This document shows positions 10,384 through 20,154 of a stretch of 64,000 nucleotides of DNA, piece after piece. The DNA is from an uncultured Gemmatimonadales bacterium. Its GTDB lineage: Bacteria > Gemmatimonadota > Gemmatimonadetes > Gemmatimonadales > Gemmatimonadaceae. The notes under the pieces were generated by a model. That model was not told the origin of the DNA. It saw nothing but the letters and a program-made list of their open reading frames with translations, and ran no database searches. Location: NCBI GenBank assembly GCA_963851265.1, contig CAWKNZ010000012.1, positions 1-64,000 on the forward strand, written 5' to 3'. The translations under genes and the position numbers were made by a program. The number at the start of each line of letters is the position of its first letter. Position 1 is the first letter of the stretch.

Positions 10384-10525
10384 GTGTCGGTTTTCGGGTT
10401 CGGGGTTCAGTAGCATTCGGCGGAGCGAATGTACCTGGAAAACCGGACGTATGACAAGCGCGTCACCGTCGACGCCGCGGATCGCGGGAATCAGGATCTC
10501 GCCGCGACCGACGTAGGTTTCCCGG

Positions 10526-11359
10526 ATGCGCGTCACCGGCCTCTTCCTCTATCCCGTCAAGTCGCTCGGCGCCGTGGCCGTGCGCGAGGCGCACGTGGGC
10601 GACCTCGGGCTCGAAGGCGACCGGCGCTGGATGCTCGTCGACGCGGACGGCCGCTTCCTCACCCAGCGCGAGCACCCGGCGCTCGCGCTCGGCCGCGTCG
10701 CGGTAGGCGCCGGCGGCGCGCTCACCCTGGCCGCGCCGGGACTGCCGCCCCTCGACGTGGCACCGCCGGCGGCGGCCGCCCCGCGCGTGCGCGTGCGGGT
10801 GTTCACGGACGTCGTCGAGGCCGCGCCCGCCGCCGCCGCGGCGCACGCGTGGGCGAGCGCGTGGCTCGGCGCGCCGACGCGGCTCGTGCACATGCCCGCC
10901 GACGTGCGGCGCGCCGTCGACCCGCGCTACGCCGGGCCGGATGACCGCACCGCGTTCACCGACGGCTACCCCGTCCTGGTCGCATCGCAGCCCTCGCTCG
11001 ACGACCTCAACGCGCGGCTCGCGGCGGCGGGCACGGCGCCGGTCGGCATGGAGCGCTTCCGGCCCAACGTGGTCGTCGACGCCGACGCGGGCGAGCCGCT
11101 CGCGCCCTACGCGGAGGACGACTGGCGCACACTGCGCCTCGGCGACGAGGTCCGGCTCGCGGTCGTCAAGCCGTGCGCGCGCTGCGCGGTGACGACCGTC
11201 GACCAGCACAGCGCGGCGCGCGGCACGGAGCCGCTCCGCACGCTCGCGGGGTACCGGCGCGTCGGGACCAAGGTGCTGTTCGCCCAGAACGCCGTCGTGC
11301 GCGCGACCGGGCCCCTGCGCGTCGGGGACCCGGCCGCGGCCGCCGCGCACGCGGACTGA
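10526..11359 (+). CDS. MOSC domain protein (YcbX/mARC-like)
   Basis: LFLYPVKS, GDRRWMLVD, FTDGYP, ERFRPNVVV, EDDW, KPCARC. Confidence 0.92.
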   Translation: MRVTGLFLYPVKSLGAVAVREAHVGDLGLEGDRRWMLVDADGRFLTQREHPALALGRVAVGAGGALTLAAPGLPPLDVAPPAAAAPRVRVRVFTDVVEAAPAAAAAHAWASAWLGAPTRLVHMPADVRRAVDPRYAGPDDRTAFTDGYPVLVASQPSLDDLNARLAAAGTAPVGMERFRPNVVVDADAGEPLAPYAEDDWRTLRLGDEVRLAVVKPCARCAVTTVDQHSAARGTEPLRTLAGYRRVGTKVLFAQNAVVRATGPLRVGDPAAAAAHAD

Positions 11360-11378
11360 CCCACCAGCCCCCCCCGCC

Positions 11379-12299
11379 GTGCCTCTCCTGCCCCCCTGCG
11401 GCCGTCTCGCCGCCGCGCTCGTCCTGCTCCTCGCGGCGCGCGCGGGGTCTGCCGGCGCCCAGTCGGCGCCGGCAGACCCCGCGCCCCCGCCGCCCGCCGC
11501 GATCGCCACCGACCCGCCGCACGACGCGCAGCACCCGGCACGCATGCAGGTGCTGCACATCCCGTCGGGCGGCGTGCGCATCAACGGCGTCGCCTACCTC
11601 GCCGCGGGCGCGGGGTCGCACCCGACGCTCGTCCTGCTGCACGGCCTGCCCGGGAACGAGAAGAACCTCGACCTCGCCCAGGCGGTGCGCCGCGCGGGGT
11701 GGCACGTGGTCACGTTCAACTACCGCGGCTCGTGGGGGAGTCCGGGCGCGTTCCGCTTCGCGCAGACGCTCGGCGACGTGGAGGCGGTACTCGCCTTCCT
11801 GCGCGACACGGCCACCGCGCGCGCGTTAGGCATCGACACCGCGCGCCTGGTGCTCGCCGGACACAGCATGGGCGGCTGGGCCACCGTCCGCACCGCGGCG
11901 CGCGACCGCGGCCTGCGCGGCGCGGTGCTCATCTCCGCCGCCGACATGGGGCTGAACGGCGTACGCGGAGCCGCCGCGCGCCCGCAGCTCGTCGCGCTCA
12001 TGGCCGACAACATGGAGTCGCTCGCCGGCGTCACCGCGGAGCAGATGGCCGACGAGCTGATCGCGAACGGCGAGCGCTGGCGCTTCGAGCGCGCCGCCGC
12101 GGGCCTCGCGCGGACGCCGCTCCTCGTGCTCACCTCCGACGACGGGCTCGCGCCGGCCGCCGACTCGCTGGCGGCGACGCTGCGCGCCGAGGGGAACGCG
12201 CGCGTGACGACCACGCACGTCGCGACCGACCACGCGTGGTCGGACCGGCGTGTGGCGCTCGAGGCCGCGGTCGTGCGCTGGCTGGACGCGCTTCGGTAG
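11379..12299 (+). CDS. Secreted alpha/beta hydrolase
   Basis: Signal peptide, LLHGLPGNEKN, YRGSWGS, GHSMGG nucleophile motif, TDH. Confidence 0.88.
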   Translation: MPLLPPCGRLAAALVLLLAARAGSAGAQSAPADPAPPPPAAIATDPPHDAQHPARMQVLHIPSGGVRINGVAYLAAGAGSHPTLVLLHGLPGNEKNLDLAQAVRRAGWHVVTFNYRGSWGSPGAFRFAQTLGDVEAVLAFLRDTATARALGIDTARLVLAGHSMGGWATVRTAARDRGLRGAVLISAADMGLNGVRGAAARPQLVALMADNMESLAGVTAEQMADELIANGERWRFERAAAGLARTPLLVLTSDDGLAPAADSLAATLRAEGNARVTTTHVATDHAWSDRRVALEAAVVRWLDALR

Positions 12300-12308
12300 C
12301 CGCGGCGC

Positions 12309-12340
12309 GACCGGGGCCCCCGACGCGCGGGGCCCCGGTC
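12309..12340. terminator. GC hairpin between convergent genes
   Basis: GACCGGGGCCCC-N8-GGGGCCCCGGTC. Confidence 0.55.
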
Positions 12341-12362
12341 ACGGGCCGCGCGTGCGCGCCGT

Positions 12363-13277
12363 TCAGTCGAGGCGGACGACGACCTTCCCCTTCGCGTGCG
12401 CCTCGTAGGCGCGGTGCGCGTCCGCGACCTGGTCGAGCGCGAACGTCGGACCTGGCTGCGCCTGCAGCGCCCCCGCGTCGAACAGCGCGGCCAGGCGCGC
12501 GAGGCGCGCGCCGTCGGGTTTGACGCCCATGCTCTGCAGCGAGATCCCGCGCGGCGCCTCGGGCAGGTGGCCGGGCAGGAGCGTGACCGCGCGCCCGCCG
12601 TCGCGGACGACGCCGAGCGCGGCGGCGAGCACGTCACCGCCTAACGGATCCAGCAGCGCGTCGACGCCGCCCCGCGCGGCCGCGTGGACGGCGCCGGCCC
12701 AGTCGCCGCGCGAGTCCACCGCCGTCGCGGCGCCGATCGCCCGCAGGTGCTCGTGGTCCGCCGTGCCGCCCTGCGCGATCACCGTCGCGCCGCGCTGCTT
12801 GGCGAGTTGGACCGCGAACGCGCCGACGTTCCCGGCGGCCGCGAGGACGAGGATCGTCTGCCCCGCCGCGAGCTGCAGCAGGTCGAGCGCCTCGTCCGCG
12901 GTCATCACCCCCACGGGAACGCCGCCGGCGTCCACGGCGGACAGGCGTTCCGGTCGCCGTGCCACCGCCGACGCGGGTGCGACGACCAGCTCGGCCGTCG
13001 CCCCCTTCAGCGCGGGGTAGCTCCACACGGCATCGCCGACGGCGAAACCGTCGACGTTGGCGCCGACGGCCGCCACCGTCCCGGCGAGTTCGGCGCCCGG
13101 GACGTAGGGCGTCTCCTGCGGGCCGAAGCCGCCGTCGCGCATCTTCGTGTCCCACGGGCCCACGCCCGCCGCCGCGACGCGGATGAGGAGTTCGCCGGGG
13201 CCGGGCGAGGGGTCAGGAAGTTCGGCGACGCGAAGGACGTCGGGGCCGCCGGTGGCCGTGACTTGCGCTGCACGCAT
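12363..13277 (-). CDS. NADP-dependent oxidoreductase (MDR / quinone oxidoreductase family)
   Basis: GGPDVL, PYVPGAELAG, AAAGNVGAFAVQLAK, KGKVVV; start trimmed to ATG 13277. Confidence 0.9.
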   Translation of the reverse strand: MRAAQVTATGGPDVLRVAELPDPSPGPGELLIRVAAAGVGPWDTKMRDGGFGPQETPYVPGAELAGTVAAVGANVDGFAVGDAVWSYPALKGATAELVVAPASAVARRPERLSAVDAGGVPVGVMTADEALDLLQLAAGQTILVLAAAGNVGAFAVQLAKQRGATVIAQGGTADHEHLRAIGAATAVDSRGDWAGAVHAAARGGVDALLDPLGGDVLAAALGVVRDGGRAVTLLPGHLPEAPRGISLQSMGVKPDGARLARLAALFDAGALQAQPGPTFALDQVADAHRAYEAHAKGKVVVRLD

Positions 13278-13435
13278 GGTGTGCTCGATGGAAGGTCGCA
13301 GGCCCGCTCGGGGTGAGGCGAGCCGATCCACGCGCGCCACGCAAGAAGCGCGGGCGCGGCGTACGGCCGAGCACGAAATGCGTGTCGGCCGTTCGTCCCC
13401 AACGCACCGCGACCGACCCCCAGCGGGGACCGGCG

Positions 13436-14878
13436 TCAGCGGCCGCGCTCCGCCGTGCCCACGAGTCGGGGCAGTTCGGTCGGCCCGAAGTTCACGTGGT
13501 GCCGCGAGTCGAGCACCAGTTGGTCGCCCGAGAAGCGGAAGTCGAGCGTCGAGTAGAACGGCGTCTCGGGCGCGACGAGCTTCACGGTGAACACGCTGTC
13601 GGACGTCCACGCGCCGCTCGCCGCGACGGCCGGCCCGGCGTGCACGCTCAGCAGGCGCTCCATCCCGTTCGCGAAGCCGGTGCCGCTCCGCACCCAGCTG
13701 CCGAGCCCCACCGGCGTACGCGTCTCGCCCGCGGCCGTGCGCACGAGGAGGGCGGGTGCGCGGGCCGTGAGGTCGAGGGCGAGGGCGCGCACGCCACGGT
13801 CGTTGTCCGGGAACGCGTACCACCGCCCCGAGACGCGACGCGCGAGCGGGCCGGTCGGGCGCCCGTCGGGCGTGCGGACGCGGAGCCGGGCCAGCGCCGC
13901 CCGGAGCGCGCCTTCGGCGGCCGGGTCATCGGGAAGCGCGGCGGGGCGCATCGCGGGCAGCAGCTTGTCCCACACGAGGTCCAGCACGGCCTGCATGTCG
14001 CGCACGCCGCTCGTGATCGCGACCACGGCGTCCTGCTCCGGGAGCACGAGCATGTACTGCCCGAACGCGCCGTCGCCGCGGAAGCCGTGACGCGAACGCC
14101 AGAACTGGTAACCGTAGCCCTGGTCCCAGTCGCTTGCCGGGTTCGACCCGTTGGCCGTCTGCCGCGCGGTGGCCGAGTCGGCCCACGCAGCGGGGAGCAG
14201 CTGTCGGCCGTTCCAGCGGCCGCGCTGCAGGTAGAGCAGGCCCAACCTTGCGATGTCCTCGGTACGCGCGCGCAGGCCGTAACCGCCTATCGTGACGCCC
14301 TCCGGGCTCGCGTCCCAGGTGGGAGCGCCGATGCCCAACGGCGCGAAGAGGCGCGGTCCGAGGTAGTCGCGCACCGTCTGCCCGGTGCGCCGCTGCACGA
14401 GGGCCGACAGCATGTACGTCGCCGGCGTGTCGTAGAGGAAGTGCGTGCCCGGCTTGAACGGGACGGGGTGCGCGAGGAACCGGCGCACCCACGACGCCGC
14501 GGGCGTGCCGCGCAGCGAGTCGGGCGTCGCGGTCTCGAGCCAGAACGCCGGCTCGGTCTGCTGCCCGGTGGCCATGCGCAGCAGGTCGCGCACGCGCATC
14601 TGCCGCAGGTTCTCGGAGGGCTGCGCGGGCGCGTCGGCCGGGAACGCCTGGAGCAGCGCGTCGTCGAGCCCGAGCTTGCCCTCCGCAACCGCGAACCCCA
14701 CCGCGGTCGACGTGAAGCTCTTGCTGAGCGAGAAGAGCAGGTGCGGTGTCGCCGCGTCGTACGGCGCCCACCAGCCCTCCGCCACCACCCGCCCGTGCCG
14801 CACGACCATCACGCTGTGCATCGCGTCGACCGCGCTCTCGGCGGCCCGCACGAAGTCGAGGAGCGCGGCCGACGACAC
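13436..14878 (-). CDS. Serine hydrolase (beta-lactamase/PBP fold); true N-terminus uncertain, possibly the frameshifted C-terminal half of a fusion
   Basis: SxxK (FSLSKSF), PGTHFLYDT, GYGYQFW, GDGAFGQ; the motif LPRSTPERQG lies upstream of the only available start (GTG 14878). Confidence 0.85.
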   Translation of the reverse strand: MSSAALLDFVRAAESAVDAMHSVMVVRHGRVVAEGWWAPYDAATPHLLFSLSKSFTSTAVGFAVAEGKLGLDDALLQAFPADAPAQPSENLRQMRVRDLLRMATGQQTEPAFWLETATPDSLRGTPAASWVRRFLAHPVPFKPGTHFLYDTPATYMLSALVQRRTGQTVRDYLGPRLFAPLGIGAPTWDASPEGVTIGGYGLRARTEDIARLGLLYLQRGRWNGRQLLPAAWADSATARQTANGSNPASDWDQGYGYQFWRSRHGFRGDGAFGQYMLVLPEQDAVVAITSGVRDMQAVLDLVWDKLLPAMRPAALPDDPAAEGALRAALARLRVRTPDGRPTGPLARRVSGRWYAFPDNDRGVRALALDLTARAPALLVRTAAGETRTPVGLGSWVRSGTGFANGMERLLSVHAGPAVAASGAWTSDSVFTVKLVAPETPFYSTLDFRFSGDQLVLDSRHHVNFGPTELPRLVGTAERGR

Positions 14879-16119
14879 GCCCTGGCGCTCGGGCGTGCTC
14901 CGCGGGAGCGCCGCGGGCGCGTCGAAGACGGCGCGTCCGAAGGCGGCGCGGCCGGCGGCGTGTTAGGCGCGACCGCGCCGGAGCCCGCGCGCGGGTAGTC
15001 ACGCCACAGCCACTCCAGCGCTTCGGGCAACGTCTGCCGCGTCACGGCCCGCTCGCAGTGCCCGGCGTCGCGCGCGAACACGAACTGGTACGGGTACTTC
15101 CGCGCCGCGAGCGCCGCGGCCATGCGCTCGTTCGCGGCCACCCAGTCGTGCATGCCGTCGCGCATCACGTTGGGGTCGAGCAGGTCGCGGTCGCCCACCG
15201 CCATCCAGAGCCGGAGCGGCCTGGCGGGCGACGCGGGGATGAGTCGCTCGTGGAACTCCCACGCGCCGTGCGGCGTCTCGGCGCTGTGCGGCCACTGCTG
15301 GTTGACGAAGGTGCCCGAATACGTGAGCACGCGGTGATACCACTCCGGGTGGTACCACGCCATGATGAGCGCCGCCGACCCGCCCGAGCTGCACCCCGTC
15401 GTCGCGCGCCCGTCGGGGTCGCGCGTCAGGCGCACGCCGGCCTCCCGCTCGACCCGCGGCAGCACCTCGGTCTCGACGAACTCGGCGTAGCGGCCCGACA
15501 TCGTGTCGTACTCCAGCCCCCGCTCGCTTCCCTGTGCGTCGCCGCCGCCGTTGCCGATCGAGATCGCGACCATCGCCGGCACGCGCCCTTCGGCAATCAG
15601 ATTGTCGAGCGCGGTGAACAGCCCCGGATCGGGCCCGTCGGCGCCGACGATGAACGGCGCGGCGGTGCCGGGCACGTACTGCCGCGGCACGTAGACGGCC
15701 ACCTGGCGCGTGTACGGCGCCGCGTGACTGGTAGTCACGACGAGCGCGGCCGGATCGGCCGGGTCGGGAGTGCCGAACGTGCCCGGCTCGCGCGCGATGC
15801 CGGGGAAGAGCCGGCTGTCCACCGACCGCATCGTGAACCGGTACACCGTGCCGTGCGGCACCGACTCCCGCACCGTCATCTCGGCCGCGGGCGGGTGCGT
15901 CGGGCCGATCACGAAGTTGCCGTCGGCGTTGGGCGGTGGCACGGCGCCGTCGGGAAGATCGGTGGCGGCGACGTACCCGGGCGCGTGCGGGTCTCGGGTC
16001 GGGGGCGCGGCACGGGCACCGCCCTGCGCGTCCGCCGCACGGCTGACGGCCAGCACGCCCAACAAGCCCCACGCGCCGAGCGCGCACCGTCGCACGGTGC
16101 GCCGTCGCGCTCTCTGCAT
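14809..16119 (-). CDS. Secreted enterochelin-esterase-like alpha/beta hydrolase
   Basis: Signal peptide, VAVYVP.QY, ERGLEYD, GCSSGG, GHC..TLPEALEWLW; GGAGG RBS; last ~45 aa look out of frame. Confidence 0.85.
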   Translation of the reverse strand: MQRARRRTVRRCALGAWGLLGVLAVSRAADAQGGARAAPPTRDPHAPGYVAATDLPDGAVPPPNADGNFVIGPTHPPAAEMTVRESVPHGTVYRFTMRSVDSRLFPGIAREPGTFGTPDPADPAALVVTTSHAAPYTRQVAVYVPRQYVPGTAAPFIVGADGPDPGLFTALDNLIAEGRVPAMVAISIGNGGGDAQGSERGLEYDTMSGRYAEFVETEVLPRVEREAGVRLTRDPDGRATTGCSSGGSAALIMAWYHPEWYHRVLTYSGTFVNQQWPHSAETPHGAWEFHERLIPASPARPLRLWMAVGDRDLLDPNVMRDGMHDWVAANERMAAALAARKYPYQFVFARDAGHCERAVTRQTLPEALEWLWRDYPRAGSGAVAPNTPPAAPPSDAPSSTRPRRSRGARPSARACRRPRSSTSCGPPRARSTRCTA

Positions 16120-16386
16120 ACTCGCCCTCCGAAGGCGTTCACGGTGGTCCGAACACGCGCCGCGGGGTGACGTCCCCGCGGCCCCGAGCGCGGCGCGTGA
16201 TTCCGCGAGTGTACCGGACGGCACGGCGGTCTCCAAGGGTGGCCCGGCGCCGCCACGTTCGGCGTCGCGGGCGCGCCTGAGCCGATGTCCGCGCGCTTTC
16301 CGCACTACTGAACGAGTAGCACGCCGCGACCGGCGTTCGCCTGCCGGTCCGCCCGCCCCCCGCCGCCGTTCCCGCCGAGATCCTTG

Positions 16387-18327
16387 ATGACCGTCCGCCG
16401 CCACGAGATCCGCGAGAAGCTGGTCCACACCGACGTGCTGCCCATCCCGCCCAAGATCCGGCTCGACCGGTCGGCGGCGAGCCGCACGCGCGTGCGCATG
16501 TGCGCCGCCGACGTGTCGCTGCACGCCGCCCTGCCGCTCACGTCGGCCTGGACCTATGCGGGCAGCACGCCCGGCCCGACGCTCGTCATGCGCCGCGGCG
16601 TGCCGGCCGAGGTCGAGTGGGTGAACGAGATCGCGACGACGCTCCCCGTGACGGTGGTCGAGTGCGGCGCGACCCCGTCGCCGGTGGGCACGGCCGAGGG
16701 GGTCGAGGCGCCGCAGAACGAGCCCGGCTCGGCGTGCGGCGACCCCGGCGACTTCGTGAACCACGCCGCCGAGGCCCTGCCGTCGTGGACGGTGGTGCAC
16801 CTGCACGGCGGCCTCACCGCGGCCGACTCCGACGGCTGGACCGAGAATGCCTACCTCGCGCGGCCGTTGCACCCGTCCTCGCAGCGGTCCTTGTACGTCA
16901 ACGACCAGCGCGCGACCGCGCTCTGGTACCACGACCACGCGATGAGCGTCACACGGCTCAACGTGTTCGCAGGGCTCGCGGGGCTCTGCCTCGTCCGCGA
17001 CGCGGAGGAAGACGCGCTGGGCCTGCCCGCGGCGGGGTACGAGCTGCCGCTGCTCATCCAGGACCGTAACCTCGAGCTCGACGGCGACGTGCTCACGGGG
17101 CGGCTGGTGCATAAGGTCGAGTCGAGCACGACCGCGATTCCCAACCCCGACGACCGCACGTCAGAGTTCTTCGGGCCGTTCACGCTCGTCAACGGACGCA
17201 TCTGGCCGCGCTGCGACGTGAAGCCGCGGCCGTACCGGCTGCGCGTGGTGAACGGGTCCAACGCGCGCACATACCAACTGATCCTGATGGACGAGACGGG
17301 CGCGGTGCGCCACGACCTCGTCCGACAGATCGGCGCCGACGGCGGGCTGCTGCCGAGCGCGGTACGGCTCTCCGACCTGGCCCCGATGGAAGACGGCCGG
17401 CCGCGCGGCCTGATCCTCGCGCCGGCCGAGCGGGCCGACCTGATCGTCGACTTCGGGCTCGCGCCGGGCGCGCAGCTGCACTGGGTCAACGTGGCGGGGG
17501 CGCCGTACGGCGGCCGATACGCGCAGGTGGACCCCGACGCGGACTCGCCCGCGTCCGTGATGCCGGGCCAGGCGTCGCCGAAGGAGCGGCTGCCCTACCC
17601 CGAGGTGATGCGCTTCGACGTGGCGCCCGGGCCCGTGGGCGCGCCGTTGGCGCTGCCCGACCGCCTGTGCGCGTTCGAGCGCTGGACGCACGCCTCGCCC
17701 GAGCTGGCCGGGCACGTCCACCGGTATTTGGCGCTGAACGAGAACAAGGAAACCGGCGTGCTCTTCTTCAACGAGCTCGAGATGGTCGAGGACGGAGACA
17801 CCGGGCGGGTGGACTTCACACTCGCGCTGCCGCCGAGCGGGCCCGGTGGGCCGCCGCAGGTGGAGCGGTTCAGGAACCGGCCGGTGCGCTTCGGCGACGC
17901 GATCAACTTCGCGGTCAACGCCGGGGGTGCGGAGCTGTGGCGTATCCTCAATCTCACGGGCGACACGCACCCCGTACACGTGCACCTGGTGCAGTTCCAG
18001 GCGCTGTCGCGCCTGCGCGTCGACGTGCCGCCCGTGCACCCGTCGACCGGCCTCGTCGAGCCGACGCCCGACGTGCCCGCACCGGTGGTCGCGTACACGG
18101 GGCCCGGGACGCTCGACGCGAACGAGGCGGGGTGGAAGGACACGGTGCGCGTGAACCCGGGCGAGCTGGTCACGATCGCCGCCGTGTTCGACGGCTACAC
18201 GGGGCGGTACATGTACCACTGCCACGTGCTGGAGCACGAGGACATGGACATGATGCGGCCGTTCACCGTGATGCCGGCCGCGGTCGCGGCGGTAGGCGGG
18301 ATGCGGGGCGGCATGGGCCCGATGTGA
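16387..18327 (+). CDS. Multicopper oxidase (CotA / bilirubin oxidase / aminophenol oxidase type)
   Basis: All four Cu motifs: HLHG, WYHDH, HPVHVHL, YHCHVLEHEDMDM. Confidence 0.93.
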   Translation: MTVRRHEIREKLVHTDVLPIPPKIRLDRSAASRTRVRMCAADVSLHAALPLTSAWTYAGSTPGPTLVMRRGVPAEVEWVNEIATTLPVTVVECGATPSPVGTAEGVEAPQNEPGSACGDPGDFVNHAAEALPSWTVVHLHGGLTAADSDGWTENAYLARPLHPSSQRSLYVNDQRATALWYHDHAMSVTRLNVFAGLAGLCLVRDAEEDALGLPAAGYELPLLIQDRNLELDGDVLTGRLVHKVESSTTAIPNPDDRTSEFFGPFTLVNGRIWPRCDVKPRPYRLRVVNGSNARTYQLILMDETGAVRHDLVRQIGADGGLLPSAVRLSDLAPMEDGRPRGLILAPAERADLIVDFGLAPGAQLHWVNVAGAPYGGRYAQVDPDADSPASVMPGQASPKERLPYPEVMRFDVAPGPVGAPLALPDRLCAFERWTHASPELAGHVHRYLALNENKETGVLFFNELEMVEDGDTGRVDFTLALPPSGPGGPPQVERFRNRPVRFGDAINFAVNAGGAELWRILNLTGDTHPVHVHLVQFQALSRLRVDVPPVHPSTGLVEPTPDVPAPVVAYTGPGTLDANEAGWKDTVRVNPGELVTIAAVFDGYTGRYMYHCHVLEHEDMDMMRPFTVMPAAVAAVGGMRGGMGPM

Positions 18328-18359
18328 CGGGCGCGGGGCGCGCGGCCCCACGCCTGACT

Positions 18360-19070
18360 CTAGTGCCTAACCGTCACGGCGATACCCCGCGCCGCGCCCG
18401 CGGCCCGCAGCGTCGGCCCGGCGGCGCGGACGAGGTCGGCGACGGCCGCCCCCGCGGCCGTCGCCAGGCTGTCGACCACCGCCACCATCACGTTGGGTGG
18501 CACCACGGACCGCTCCGCGGACGCGCTCCCGCGCCAGAGCACCGAGTCGTCCTCCGCGCGCACCAGGAGCGCGTCGAGGCGCACGCTCGCCGACACGCGC
18601 GACCCGCGGTCGACTTCCTCGAACTCGCGCACGGTCGCGCGCCAGACGAGCCCGCGCGCGGGGCCCGCGGCGGCCCCGTCCTGCACGCGCGTCGCGCCGC
18701 CGGGCAGCTGCCGCAGCGCCTCGGCGGTGCGCGTGGCGAGCACGGCGCCGAGCGGGAGGGCCCACTCGCGGTTGGGGTACGTGCCGTATTCGGTTTCGCC
18801 CACGCGGTAGACGATCTCGGGGCGCGCGTACACGCCCGGCGTCGCGTACGGCTCGACCGAGACCAGCGTCGCGACCGAATCGCCCGGAGCCGCCGCGGCC
18901 GGCGGCAGCGGGCGAAGGCGGTACAGCTCGCGCGCGGGGAGTGTGCCCCCGAAGCAGCCGGCGAGAGCGCCCGCGGCGACCACGTAGGCGGCGAGCGCCG
19001 GTGCGGCGAGCGCGCGCGCGGAGGGCGCGCTCGCGGCGGCGGGGGGCGGGGCGGAACGAGTTAGGCGCAT
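18360..19070 (-). CDS. PqiC / ABC-transport auxiliary lipoprotein
   Basis: LAGC lipobox, LYRL, IVYR..YPNREWA..P, REFEE; directly downstream of the MlaD gene. Confidence 0.75.
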   Translation of the reverse strand: MRLTRSAPPPAAASAPSARALAAPALAAYVVAAGALAGCFGGTLPARELYRLRPLPPAAAAPGDSVATLVSVEPYATPGVYARPEIVYRVGETEYGTYPNREWALPLGAVLATRTAEALRQLPGGATRVQDGAAAGPARGLVWRATVREFEEVDRGSRVSASVRLDALLVRAEDDSVLWRGSASAERSVVPPNVMVAVVDSLATAAGAAVADLVRAAGPTLRAAGAARGIAVTVRH

Positions 19071-19087
19071 GCGGGGCGGCGGGGGCG

Positions 19088-20074
19088 TCACCGCCCGATC
19101 GGCGGTCCGGCCGGCTTGGGCGGGTTCGCGTGGTGCTGGAGTGCGCTTAGCGGGTTGCGCTCGAGCCTGTCGGTGAGACGCGCGAGGTTGTCGCCGGCGA
19201 CCGTGAGGTCGCGCACGAGCGCGCGCACGTTCCCGCCCTGCTGCGCCACGCCCGCGCGCACGTCGGCCAGCAACTCGCGCGACTCCTGCAGCGTGACCAG
19301 CAGCTCGCCGGGCGCGCGGGCGAGCGCGGGGCGCGCGGAGTCGAGCGTGGCGACGAGGCGGTCGGCGCGGGCGAGCACGTCGTCGGCCCGGCGGGCGGCG
19401 CGCTCGAGCTGCGGCCCCCACCGGTCGGCGGTGCGCGAGGCGGCGGTCGCGAGCGTATCCACCCGCGCGACGGTGCGCGCGAGTCCCGCGAACACGCGCC
19501 CGTCGGCGAGCGGCGCGGCGGCCGCGAGCAGCGTGTCGCTGCGGTCGAGCAGCACGGTCACGCGCGCGAGCACGTCCTCGAGGGTCGGGCCCTGCTCGGA
19601 GGGCACGCGCGCGCCCGGCGCGAGCGCGGGCGCGTCGGGCGCGCCCGGGCGCAGGTTGACGTACACCGCCGGCTGGCCACCGGCCGACACCACGACCGCG
19701 CGCGTGCTCGCGCGCACGGGCGTGCCCTCATCCACGCGGATGGTGACGAGCACGTGCCGCGGGTCGACCGGGTCGACCTGCACCGCGCGCACGCGCCCCA
19801 CGCCCAACCCCGCGTAGCGCACCTGCGCCCCCTCGGCCAGCCCGCCGACGTCGGCGAACGCTGCGCGATACTCCGGGCCGCGGACGAACAGCCATCCGTA
19901 CGCGGTGCGCGCGTAGAACACGGCGATCGCGAACAGCGCGAGCGCGAGCACCGCGAACACGCCGCCGAGCACCGGACGTCCGACGCGGTCGACGCGGTCC
20001 GTGCGGAGCGCGCGCGCCGTCGTGACGACGGGCTCGTCCGGAAGGGGCGGGCGTGAGGACGGGAGTGCCGACAT
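19088..20074 (-). CDS. MlaD/MCE-family protein
   Basis: N-terminal TM, FADVGGLAEGAQVRYAGLGVGRV, helical tail ending LERNPLSAL. Confidence 0.88.
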   Translation of the reverse strand: MSALPSSRPPLPDEPVVTTARALRTDRVDRVGRPVLGGVFAVLALALFAIAVFYARTAYGWLFVRGPEYRAAFADVGGLAEGAQVRYAGLGVGRVRAVQVDPVDPRHVLVTIRVDEGTPVRASTRAVVVSAGGQPAVYVNLRPGAPDAPALAPGARVPSEQGPTLEDVLARVTVLLDRSDTLLAAAAPLADGRVFAGLARTVARVDTLATAASRTADRWGPQLERAARRADDVLARADRLVATLDSARPALARAPGELLVTLQESRELLADVRAGVAQQGGNVRALVRDLTVAGDNLARLTDRLERNPLSALQHHANPPKPAGPPIGR

Positions 20075-20154
20075 GGATGCCGCGCACGACGGGCAAGATC
20101 GGTGCGCAGCACGCGCGTTGCGCGCGACCGGCCGCGCGCGACCGGCCGAGCTCG

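Noticed and set aside
13436..14878. Antibiotic-resistance beta-lactamase call
   Set aside because: Motifs fit the broad serine-hydrolase family; nothing specific supports beta-lactam hydrolysis.
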